DNA of 64,000 nucleotides from an uncultured Acidobacteriota bacterium (GTDB lineage: Bacteria; Acidobacteriota; Vicinamibacteria; Vicinamibacterales; 2-12-FULL-66-21), in contig CAWIWL010000004.1 in NCBI GenBank assembly GCA_963839705.1, forward strand, positions 128,320-192,319, written 5' to 3'. Both the position numbers and the translations under genes were made by a program. Position 1 is the first letter of the stretch. Each line of letters begins with the position of its first letter. Shown one piece after another: positions 26,272 through 34,399 of this stretch. The notes under the pieces were generated by a model. The model was given only the letters and a program-made list of their open reading frames with translations. It had not been told where the DNA came from and made no database searches.

Positions 26272-27870
26272 GTGACACGCATGGGTCTACCGGCCGGTTC
26301 GTTTGTCACGTTCGTTCTCTTCTTCAGCTTCTTTTTCTTCCTCGTCACGGTCGGCGCCATTATCTGGTGGGCCGCCAGCCGCCGCCGGATCGCCGCCGAG
26401 ACGCTGGACCGCGCGCTCGCAGAGGCCGAACGGCTCGTTCATCAGGCCGAGCGCGACGCAGAGAGCCTTCGCAAGGAAGCCGCGCTCGAGGTGCGTGAGA
26501 AGGCCCACGCGGCTGCCGCCGAGGCCGAGAAGCGGGCCCGCCAGGAGCGCGACGAAATCCTGAGCCTCGAACAGGCGCTCGCCGACAAGACCCGCATCCT
26601 GACGGAGCGCCTCACCGCCTGCGACCGCGTCGAGCAGGAGCTGCGCACGAAGGGACAGACCCTCGCCCAGCACGAGGCCGCCGCCGCAACCGCCAGGACG
26701 CGGGCCGACCAGCTGGTCGCCGAGCGGCAGCGCGAGCTGCAGCGCGTGGCCGGCCTCAGCGCCGACGAAGCCCGCGAGTTCCTCCTGAAACAGATCGAGA
26801 CCGACGCGCGCCGCGACGCCGCGAACCTCGTGAAGCGCCTCGAAACCGAAGCGCGCGAGACCGCCGCAGTACGCGCGCAGCAGATCATCGCCGACGCCAT
26901 CCAGCGCAGCGCCGCCGAGCACGCCATCGAAACAACAGTGTCGGTCGTCGATCTGCCGAGCGACGACCTCAAGGGCCGCATCATCGGCCGTGAGGGCCGC
27001 AACATCCGGGCGCTCGAAACCGCGACCGGGGTCGAGCTCATCGTCGACGATACGCCGGGCGCGATCATCCTCTCGAGCTTCGATCCGTTCCGCCGCGAAG
27101 TGGCCCGCCAGGCGATCGAGCGCCTCATCGCCGATGGCCGCATCCACCCGGCGCGGATCGAAGAGGTCGTCGAGAAGGTGAAGGTCGAGATGGAGGATTC
27201 GGTCCGCAAGGAGGGCGAGGCAGCGGCCTTCGAGCTCGGACTCTTCGACCTGCATCCCGAAATCCTCCGGCTCATGGGCCGCTTGAAGTTCCGGACCAGC
27301 TACGGCCAGAACGTCCTCAATCATTCGAAGGAGGTCGCGTTCCTCGCCGGCATCATGGCCAAGGAGCTGGGACTGAACGGGCACGTCGCCGCCCGCGCCG
27401 CCTTTGTCCACGACATCGGCAAGGCGATCGATCGTGATCTCCAGGGCACGCACCTCGAGCTCGGCCTCGACTTCCTGCGCAAGCACGGCGAGAGCGAACC
27501 GGTCCTCCAGGCCGTCGCCGCCCATCACATGGACATCGACTGGCCGTCGCTCGAAGCCATGATCGTGCAGGCGGCCGACGCGATCTCGGCCGCCCGTCCC
27601 GGCGCCCGGCGCGACATCCTCGAGTCGTACGTCAAGCGGCTCGAGAAGCTCGAGGGCATCGCCGACTCGTTCCAGGGCGTCTCGAAGGCCTTTGCCCTCC
27701 AGGCCGGGCGCGAGATCCGCATCATGGTCGAAAGCGATCATGTCTCGGACGAGGAGACCGTCTGGCTGTCGAAGGATATTGCCCGGCGCATCGAGAACGA
27801 GCTCGAATACCCAGGTCAGATCAAGGTGACCGTCATCCGCGAGACCCGGGCCGTTGACTACGCCCGGTAA
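26272..27870 (+). CDS. rny: Ribonuclease Y
   Basis: N-terminal TM segment, long coiled coil, KH domain (GRIIGREGRNIRALE) and HD domain (HSKEVAFLAGIMA ... VHDIGKA). 532 aa. The start could be ATG 26281. Confidence 0.92.
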   Translation: MTRMGLPAGSFVTFVLFFSFFFFLVTVGAIIWWAASRRRIAAETLDRALAEAERLVHQAERDAESLRKEAALEVREKAHAAAAEAEKRARQERDEILSLEQALADKTRILTERLTACDRVEQELRTKGQTLAQHEAAAATARTRADQLVAERQRELQRVAGLSADEAREFLLKQIETDARRDAANLVKRLETEARETAAVRAQQIIADAIQRSAAEHAIETTVSVVDLPSDDLKGRIIGREGRNIRALETATGVELIVDDTPGAIILSSFDPFRREVARQAIERLIADGRIHPARIEEVVEKVKVEMEDSVRKEGEAAAFELGLFDLHPEILRLMGRLKFRTSYGQNVLNHSKEVAFLAGIMAKELGLNGHVAARAAFVHDIGKAIDRDLQGTHLELGLDFLRKHGESEPVLQAVAAHHMDIDWPSLEAMIVQAADAISAARPGARRDILESYVKRLEKLEGIADSFQGVSKAFALQAGREIRIMVESDHVSDEETVWLSKDIARRIENELEYPGQIKVTVIRETRAVDYAR

Positions 27871-28906
27871 TCACCAGGTCCACATCCTTCACGCGAAGGA
27901 CGTGGCGGCCGTCGGAGAGCGCGCGCTCATCGATCACATCCGTCGTCGGCTTCCCCCGCCGCCGCGAGCGCTCGTCATCGGCATCGGCGACGATGCGGCG
28001 GTGGCGGTCGTCGACCGCGGCGCACTGCAAGTGCTGACTACCGACGCCCTCGTCGAGGGCGTGCACTTCGATCGGTGTTTCTCGACGCCCGCCGATATCG
28101 GCTACAAGGCGCTCGCGGTCAACCTCAGCGACATCGCGTCCATGGGTGCCGCGCCGCGGCTGGCCCTGCTCTCGCTCATGCTTCCGCCTGCTCTGCCCTT
28201 CGCCGACCTCGATGGCCTCCTCGACGGCCTCCTGGAGATCGCCGCCGCTGCAGGCGTCGCGCTGGCGGGCGGGAACATCACGCGGTCCCCCGGCCCGCTC
28301 GTGGTGGACGTGACGGTCGTCGGATCGGTCAGGCCGCGGCGGATTCTGACGCGGAGCGGGGGACGCGCCGGCGAGGGCCTGTACGTCAGCGGCGCCATCG
28401 GGGCCGCGTCGGCGGGTCTCGGCTGGCTAAGGGAACGTGCCGTGCTTGGCTCTGAACTGCCGGAAGACCCTGAGATGTCGGAGTGTGTTGCGCGGCACCG
28501 GCGTCCAGAGCCGCGAGTGCGCCTCGGCGCGCTGCTGGGGCGGACCAGGGCGGCCAGCGCCTGCATGGACCTGAGCGACGGGCTCGCCGACGCGATCCGC
28601 CAGGTCGCTGAAGCCAGCGGCGTCGGCGCCAGGATCGCAGCGAACGCGCTGCCGATTCACGCGGGAGCGGCGCGATGGTTTCGCGGGCGTGGCGAGGACG
28701 CCGTCGAGGCAAGCCTTCGCGGGGGTGACGACTACGAATTGCTGTTTGCCCTCTCGACCCGCAAACGCGGCCGCCTCCGCCTTGTCGAGCGCCAGGCCCG
28801 GGGTCTGCGCGTCACGCGAATCGGCGAGCTGACTCGCGATCGGGGGCTCATCGTCGAGCGGGACGGGGCCGCCGAACCGCTACCTACCGGATTCGTCCAC
28901 TTCTAG
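27854..28906 (+). CDS. thiL: Thiamine-monophosphate kinase
   Basis: GERALIDHI ... IGDDAAV ... TTDALVEGVHF ... GYKALAVNLSDIASMGA ... GGNI ... DLSDGL ... GGDDYELLF are AIR-synthase-like ThiL motifs. The exact start is uncertain (TTG 27854 overlaps the rny end). Confidence 0.85.
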   Translation: MTTPGNHQVHILHAKDVAAVGERALIDHIRRRLPPPPRALVIGIGDDAAVAVVDRGALQVLTTDALVEGVHFDRCFSTPADIGYKALAVNLSDIASMGAAPRLALLSLMLPPALPFADLDGLLDGLLEIAAAAGVALAGGNITRSPGPLVVDVTVVGSVRPRRILTRSGGRAGEGLYVSGAIGAASAGLGWLRERAVLGSELPEDPEMSECVARHRRPEPRVRLGALLGRTRAASACMDLSDGLADAIRQVAEASGVGARIAANALPIHAGAARWFRGRGEDAVEASLRGGDDYELLFALSTRKRGRLRLVERQARGLRVTRIGELTRDRGLIVERDGAAEPLPTGFVHF

Positions 28907-28916
28907 ACGGCGTCTG

Positions 28917-29411
28917 ATGGCTGGTCCCTCCCGCATGCGGTCGTGGCTCGAGCAGCTCCTTCACACCCACGACACGCCACACCGGACCGCGGCGGCCTAT
29001 GCACTGGGCGTTTTCCTGGGGTTCTCACCGATGCTGGGGCTTCACACCGTGCTCGGTCTCGCCCTGGCGTTCGTCTTTGGCCTCAACCGGGTCGCCGTGG
29101 TGCTGGGGGTCTACTCGAACCTGCCCTGGCTGCTCCCGGCGTACTACACCCTGGCCACCATCGCCGGGGCCGCGGTCCTGGGTGTCGACGTCCAGCCGCG
29201 GGCGCTCGAGGAGGCGATGTGGGCCGTGTCGGCCGCGTCCTGGGGTGAGTTCGCCGGACTCGCCCGCCGCCTGGCTCCCCTGATGTGGGCCTATACCCTC
29301 GGATCGACCGTCGGCGCGCTGCTTTTCGCGGCGGTGGCCTACCGGGTTTCGCTGGTGATGATCCTGGCGCACCGGAAGCTCAAGTTGCAGAGCCCCGGAG
29401 AAACGGGCTGA
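28917..29411 (+). CDS. DUF2062-family membrane protein
   Basis: HDTPHRTAAAYALGVFLGFSPMLGLHTVLGLALAFVFGLNRVAVVLGVYSNLPW is the typical DUF2062 core, with 3-4 TM segments. Confidence 0.7.
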   Translation: MAGPSRMRSWLEQLLHTHDTPHRTAAAYALGVFLGFSPMLGLHTVLGLALAFVFGLNRVAVVLGVYSNLPWLLPAYYTLATIAGAAVLGVDVQPRALEEAMWAVSAASWGEFAGLARRLAPLMWAYTLGSTVGALLFAAVAYRVSLVMILAHRKLKLQSPGETG

Positions 29412-29515
29412 TTCGCGATAGTTTTCGCTGACACCCCCTGCCAGTATGGAGCCGGAACCCTTTGACCGGGGGCACCGGGACCGGTATAGTGGTCAGGCCC
29501 CCCAGCGCCAGACCA

Positions 29516-30058
29516 ATGTTTCTGTCGCGCTCGACCGGCCGCAAGATCGTGGCGACCACCACGGCCGCCGTCACCTTTGCCCTTCTTTATGAGGTGACCA
29601 CGCTGGATTCCCGCTATGCGGCCCGGCAGGCCGAAGTACGCGAATCGACCGGTTCCCCAACCCCTGGCGCCCGGCTGCGGTTTACGGCTACCGGCTACTG
29701 CAAGGGGACGACGACCGCGTCGGGGGTGAACGTCCGGACGGGCATTGCGGCGGCAGACCCTGACCTGTTGCCGGTCGGCTCAGTCATACAAGTCGACCGG
29801 CTGGGCGATAAGTACAACGGGATCTACACGATCATGGACACCGGCCCGAAGGTGCAGGGCCGCCACATCGACATCTACATGTGGAGCTGCCACGAGGCGC
29901 TGGAGCTGGGGCGTCGCAGCATGCAGGTCAGCGTCCTTCGCCTCGGATGGAACCCCAAGGCCAGTACGCCACGGCTGATAGACCGGCTCTTCCGCCAACG
30001 GGAACTGGCTCGGGTGCCGGTACCCGCACCCCCGACCGCTGACCAGGCGACGAAGTAG
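29516..30058 (+). CDS. 3D (Asp-Asp-Asp) domain protein, MltA/RlpA-like cell-wall protein
   Basis: N-terminal TM segment, then ATGYCKGTTTASGVNVRTGIAAADPDLLPVGSVIQV ... YTIMDTGPKVQGRHIDIYM (3D domain pattern). Start set at ATG 29516. Confidence 0.7.
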   Translation: MFLSRSTGRKIVATTTAAVTFALLYEVTTLDSRYAARQAEVRESTGSPTPGARLRFTATGYCKGTTTASGVNVRTGIAAADPDLLPVGSVIQVDRLGDKYNGIYTIMDTGPKVQGRHIDIYMWSCHEALELGRRSMQVSVLRLGWNPKASTPRLIDRLFRQRELARVPVPAPPTADQATK

Positions 30059-30089
30059 GATTTCAATTCCAGAACCTCCGACGACTCCG

Positions 30090-32027
30090 CTAGCTCTGTG
30101 GCGAAAGCCTCTCCGTGTCCTCCGTAACCTCCGCTGCCTCGTCCGGCCGCGATTCCTGATCCTTGTACTGCAACTGGTACAGCTTGAAGTAGAGCCCGCG
30201 CTCCACGAGCAGCTCCTGGTGCGAGCCGGATTCGCGCAGCTCGCCGCGGTGCAGGACGAGAATCTTGTCCATGTCCTGGATCGTCGACAGTCGGTGAGCG
30301 ATGGCTATGGTCGTCCGTCCGGCCATCAGCAGGTGCAGCGCGTCGCGGATGAGGATTTCGGTCTCGGTGTCGACGCTGGACGTCGCCTCATCGAGGACGA
30401 GGATCCTCGGGTCGAACGCCAGCGCCCGGGCGAACGACAGGAGCTGTTTCTGTCCGACCGACAGCGTCGCACCGCGTTCGGCGACCGGACTCCCGTAGCC
30501 GCGCGGCAAGCGATCGATGAAGCGATCGGCGTGGACGGTCGCCGCAGCCAGGCGGACGGCCTCGTCCGTGATGGCGGCGTTACCGAGCCGGATGTTCTCG
30601 GCAATCGTGCCGGAAAAGAGGTAGACATCCTGCAGGACGAGGCTGAACAGCCGCCGGAGGCTATCGAGCGGCAGCTCGCGTATGTCGACGCCGTCGATTA
30701 GAATGCGCCCGCGGGTGACATCGTAGAAGCGCAGCAGCAGGTTGATGAGAGTCGACTTCCCTGCCCCGGTCGCTCCCACGACCCCGACGCGCTCGCCCGG
30801 CCTCACCTCGAACGACACATCCCTGAGCACGTAGTCGGTCCCGTTGTACGCGAACCATACGTGTTCGAAGAGGATGTGGCCGGCAGCTGGCGGCTTGCTG
30901 CTCGCGGCTCGCGGTTCGGGATTCGGGGCTCGGGGCTCGGGGCTCGACGCCCTGGAGTCGGGCGGATCTCTGGTATCGATTCCGTGCAGCGCTCCGAGCC
31001 CCGAACCCCGAATCCCGAGTCCCGACGAAATCACCACCGGCGTATCGAGTAACTTGAAGATCCGCTCCGATGAGGCCATCGCCGCCTGGAGCACGTTGAA
31101 CTTCTCCGACATGTCGCTGATTGGCCGGAAGAAACGCTGCGAATAGAGCAGGAACGCGACCAGCGAGCCGAGGGTGAGCGTGCCCTGCATGGTCCAGCCG
31201 CCACCGAACCAGATCAGCAGGGCGGCGGCGAGCGCGCCAATCACTTCGATCGCCGGGTAAAACACGGCGTAATAGAAGATCGACTCGACGTTGGCATCGC
31301 GATGGCGACGGTTGATCTCGTCGAAGCGATCGTAGCTGCGGCGCTCGCGGCGGAACAGCTGCACCGTCGACATGCCGGTGATGTGCTCCTGAAGATAGGC
31401 GTTGATCCTGGCGATCCATGTCCGCACCGTCCGATAGGATTCCCGCACGCGCGTGCGGAACCACTGTGTCACGAGGACGATGAGCGGCAGCACCGAGAAC
31501 GCCAGCAGCGCCAGCCGCCAGTCCATGGCGACGAGCACGATCATGATGCCGAGGAGCGTGAAGATGTCGCCGAAGATCGAGACGACGCCCGCCGTGAAGA
31601 GATCGTTCAGCACGTCGACATCAGTGGTGACCCGCGTCATCAGGCGGCCGACGGGATTGCGATCGTAGAACTGCACGTCGATGCGTTGGAGGTGCCCGTA
31701 AATCTCCATGCGCATGTCGAACATGATGCGCTGGCCGGTCATCTGGAGCACCCAGGTCTGCAGGTATTCGAGCAGGAATGATCCGAGCAGGATGGCCAGG
31801 AACGCCAGCGCGATACGGTCGAGCCCAGCCAGATCCGCGGTCGCGATGTAGCGATCGATCGCGAGCTTCATGAGGTACGGCTGCGCCAGCTGCAACACCG
31901 ACGCGCAGACGATCGAGGCGAGCGCCAGTGCCGCGTGCAGCCGGTACGGCCAGAAGTACCCGAGCAGCCGCCGCATCAGCGCCGCGTCGTACGCCTTGCC
32001 GAGCACCTCTTCGTCGTGAATGGACAT
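30090..32027 (-). CDS. ABC exporter, fused permease/ATP-binding subunit (MsbA/multidrug type), carrying an extra low-complexity linker
   Basis: Six-TM ABC_membrane domain, then Walker A GATGAGKST, signature LSVGQKQLLSFARAL and Walker B ILVLDEATSSVD. 645 aa. Confidence 0.9.
   Translation of the reverse strand: MSIHDEEVLGKAYDAALMRRLLGYFWPYRLHAALALASIVCASVLQLAQPYLMKLAIDRYIATADLAGLDRIALAFLAILLGSFLLEYLQTWVLQMTGQRIMFDMRMEIYGHLQRIDVQFYDRNPVGRLMTRVTTDVDVLNDLFTAGVVSIFGDIFTLLGIMIVLVAMDWRLALLAFSVLPLIVLVTQWFRTRVRESYRTVRTWIARINAYLQEHITGMSTVQLFRRERRSYDRFDEINRRHRDANVESIFYYAVFYPAIEVIGALAAALLIWFGGGWTMQGTLTLGSLVAFLLYSQRFFRPISDMSEKFNVLQAAMASSERIFKLLDTPVVISSGLGIRGSGLGALHGIDTRDPPDSRASSPEPRAPNPEPRAASSKPPAAGHILFEHVWFAYNGTDYVLRDVSFEVRPGERVGVVGATGAGKSTLINLLLRFYDVTRGRILIDGVDIRELPLDSLRRLFSLVLQDVYLFSGTIAENIRLGNAAITDEAVRLAAATVHADRFIDRLPRGYGSPVAERGATLSVGQKQLLSFARALAFDPRILVLDEATSSVDTETEILIRDALHLLMAGRTTIAIAHRLSTIQDMDKILVLHRGELRESGSHQELLVERGLYFKLYQLQYKDQESRPDEAAEVTEDTERLSPQS
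30901..31027. repeat. Intragenic heptamer-array palindrome (YTCGGGG x7 ... CCCCGAR x4-5) within the ABC exporter linker
   Basis: 30901-30949 is CTCGCGG CTCGCGG TTCGGGA TTCGGGG CTCGGGG CTCGGGG CTCGACG. 30994-31027 contains CCCCGAA CCCCGAA TCCCGAG TCCCGAC. The arms are reverse-complementary and ~45 nt apart. Confidence 0.75.
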
Positions 32028-32087
32028 TGCGTTCAGGTTCTAGGTCCCGTTTCCCGCTCTTCGATCATCGTGTGGCGGTGACATTCT

Positions 32088-33863
32088 TCAGCTCGCCTCG
32101 AGCTCCTCCTCGAGCAGCTGCCGGCGATGCAGCGTGGCGTACACGCCGCCGCGCGCGACCAGGTCGTCGTGACGGCCGTGCTCGACAATGCGCCCGCGAT
32201 CGAGCACGAAGATCCGGTCGGCATCGCGGACCGTCGACACGCGGTGCGACACGATGAGCGACGTCCGCTGACGCATCACGCCGCGGAGCCGCGCCAGGAT
32301 CTCTTCCTCCGTATACGTATCCACGGCCGACAGCGCATCGTCGAGAATGAGCAGCCGTGGATCCACCATTAGTGCCCGGGCAATCGCCGTTCGCTGCTTC
32401 TGCCCTCCCGACAACGTGATGCCGCGCTCGCCGACGAGCGTGTCGTAGCCTTTGGGAAACGTCGCGACGTCCTTGTCGAGCCGGGCGATGGCCGCGGCAG
32501 CGCGGATGCCCGCGTCGAGCGCATCGGCGCCGGCCGACGGCCCGGCCGGCGCCACGCCAAACGCGATGTTCTCGGCAATCGTGTCCGAGAAGAGAAACGG
32601 CTCCTGCGGCACGAAACCGATCGCCCCGCGCAGCGTCGCCAGCGGAATCTCCCGCACATCGATGCCGTCGAGGAAGATGCTGCCTGACGGCGGCTCGTGC
32701 AGGCGCGGCAGCAAGTTGATGAGCGTCGATTTGCCCGAGCCGGTCGCGCCGATGAATGCCGCCGTCTGGCCCGCTTCGATGCGCAGCGACACGCGGTCGA
32801 GCGCGGGCGTGGTCGCCGCCGGATAGGTGAAGGTCAAGTCGCGGATCTCGACCGCGCCGCGGATGACGGCGGCACGACCCGCGTCCGTCACGGCGCGGTC
32901 GTCGATCTCGGGCTGCGCATCCAGCACGTCGAGCATGCGCTTCCACGAGGCCATGCCGCGCTGCAGGATGTTGGTGACCCACCCAAACGCGATCATCGGC
33001 CAGCTCAACATCACGAGGTAGGCGTTGAAGGCCACGAACTCTCCGACCGAAATGCGGCCGCGAATAACCTCCCGGCTCCCCATCCACAGGACGAGCAGCG
33101 ACCCGAATCCCAGAAACAGGGTCATGCTCGGATAGAACATCCCCTGAAGCCGAATCAGGACGCGGTTGCGGCGGACGTACTCGTCATTCGCCGCCCGAAA
33201 GCGCGTTAGCTCGTGCGGCTCCTGGTTGTAGGCGCGAACGACGCGCACACCCGAGAGGGTCTCCTGGACGACCGCGCTGAGGTCGGCGAGCTGCGCCTGA
33301 ATAGCCTCGAACCGCGTATGAATCGCGCTTCCAAAGTACTTCACGCTCACCGACACGAGCGGGAGCGGCAGCAGCGCGATGAGAGTCAGCCGGCCGTCGA
33401 TCGACGCCATCAGGATGATGGCGACCACGAACACGATCATGGTGTTGGCTGTGTACATCACCGCCGGTCCGATCATCGTGCGCACGGCGTTGAGGTCATT
33501 GGTCGCGCGCGACATGAGGTCGCCGGTTCGCCGCGCCTGGTAGTACGCGAGGGGCATCCGTTGCAGCCGGGCGAAGAAGGCATTCCGCATGTCGTATTCG
33601 ATGTCGCGGGACGCGCCAATCAGGATGCGGCGCATCAGGAAACGGAAGGCGCCGCCGACGAGCGCGATCGTCAGGAGCAGCGCCGCATACATTGCGAGTT
33701 TCCCGCGCGTCACACCAGCATTGAGATCGTCGATGGCGTTCTTGAGGACCCAGGGCGACAGCAGTTGAATCGCCGTCGTGATGACCACGCAGGCCAAGCC
33801 GAGGAGAAAGGCTCGCTTGTAGCGGATGAGGAATGGAAGCAGACGGACAAAGGGCGGGGACAT
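32088..33863 (-). CDS. ABC exporter, fused permease/ATP-binding subunit (partner of 30090..32027)
   Basis: ABC_membrane domain, then Walker A GATGSGKST, signature LSGGQKQRTAIARAL and Walker B LLILDDALSAVD. 591 aa. Tandem with the downstream paralogue, consistent with a heterodimeric exporter. Confidence 0.9.
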   Translation of the reverse strand: MSPPFVRLLPFLIRYKRAFLLGLACVVITTAIQLLSPWVLKNAIDDLNAGVTRGKLAMYAALLLTIALVGGAFRFLMRRILIGASRDIEYDMRNAFFARLQRMPLAYYQARRTGDLMSRATNDLNAVRTMIGPAVMYTANTMIVFVVAIILMASIDGRLTLIALLPLPLVSVSVKYFGSAIHTRFEAIQAQLADLSAVVQETLSGVRVVRAYNQEPHELTRFRAANDEYVRRNRVLIRLQGMFYPSMTLFLGFGSLLVLWMGSREVIRGRISVGEFVAFNAYLVMLSWPMIAFGWVTNILQRGMASWKRMLDVLDAQPEIDDRAVTDAGRAAVIRGAVEIRDLTFTYPAATTPALDRVSLRIEAGQTAAFIGATGSGKSTLINLLPRLHEPPSGSIFLDGIDVREIPLATLRGAIGFVPQEPFLFSDTIAENIAFGVAPAGPSAGADALDAGIRAAAAIARLDKDVATFPKGYDTLVGERGITLSGGQKQRTAIARALMVDPRLLILDDALSAVDTYTEEEILARLRGVMRQRTSLIVSHRVSTVRDADRIFVLDRGRIVEHGRHDDLVARGGVYATLHRRQLLEEELEAS

Positions 33864-34349
33864 CCTGCTTGAGTATATCGGGGCGGCCTCTCAGAGCGAT
33901 GGCGGGGCCCCGAATGAAGTGGGCCCGGGCACTGGCGTTGAATCGGCAGCGCCTGCGGCCCGAGCGAAGCGTGACCAGCTTCCGCTAAAGCTTGGCGAAG
34001 GCGGAAGGCGCCGAGCGAGGGCGAGTGGGGGTGCGCCGCCTCCGCCAAGGCTCCGGCGAGCTCCGCCGAAGCATCGCGAAGGCGAGGCTCCGCGAGCACT
34101 GACAAAAGAAAAGGGGGCCCATCCTATCGGTTGGGACCCCCTCCTCCTCCCGTTTGCCTTTCAAAAACCGTTTCCTGACTTTCCTTCCAAGAAAATCGCG
34201 GCTTGAACCGCGACAAGTCCGAAAATCCGTATCCGCAGATTTCGGAATCTTGGATTCGACCAGGTCGACCCCGTTGATTCGTGCGCGTTTCTGGAGATTC
34301 GCTCTGCGAAACGACGCGTTGCCTTCGCAGAGAGCAAGCGGGATGCCGT

Positions 34350-34378
34350 CCTCGACCCTGCTTGAGGCAGGGTCGAGG
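34350..34378. terminator. Perfect GC-rich hairpin CCTCGACCCTGC-TTGA(G)-GCAGGGTCGAGG downstream of the TonB-dependent receptor pseudogene
   Basis: A 12-bp perfect stem read directly from the sequence. It lies 22 nt beyond the stop at 34400 of the minus-strand gene. Confidence 0.6.
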
Positions 34379-34399
34379 ATAGGTTGATCGCCCGCTGGC

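Noticed and set aside
29412-29515. c-di-AMP (ydaO-type) riboswitch upstream of the 3D-domain cell-wall gene
   Set aside because: That context is common for ydaO in some phyla, but the conserved AAUC / GGGGUGAAUC / CCGAA / AGCUAACC elements are absent.
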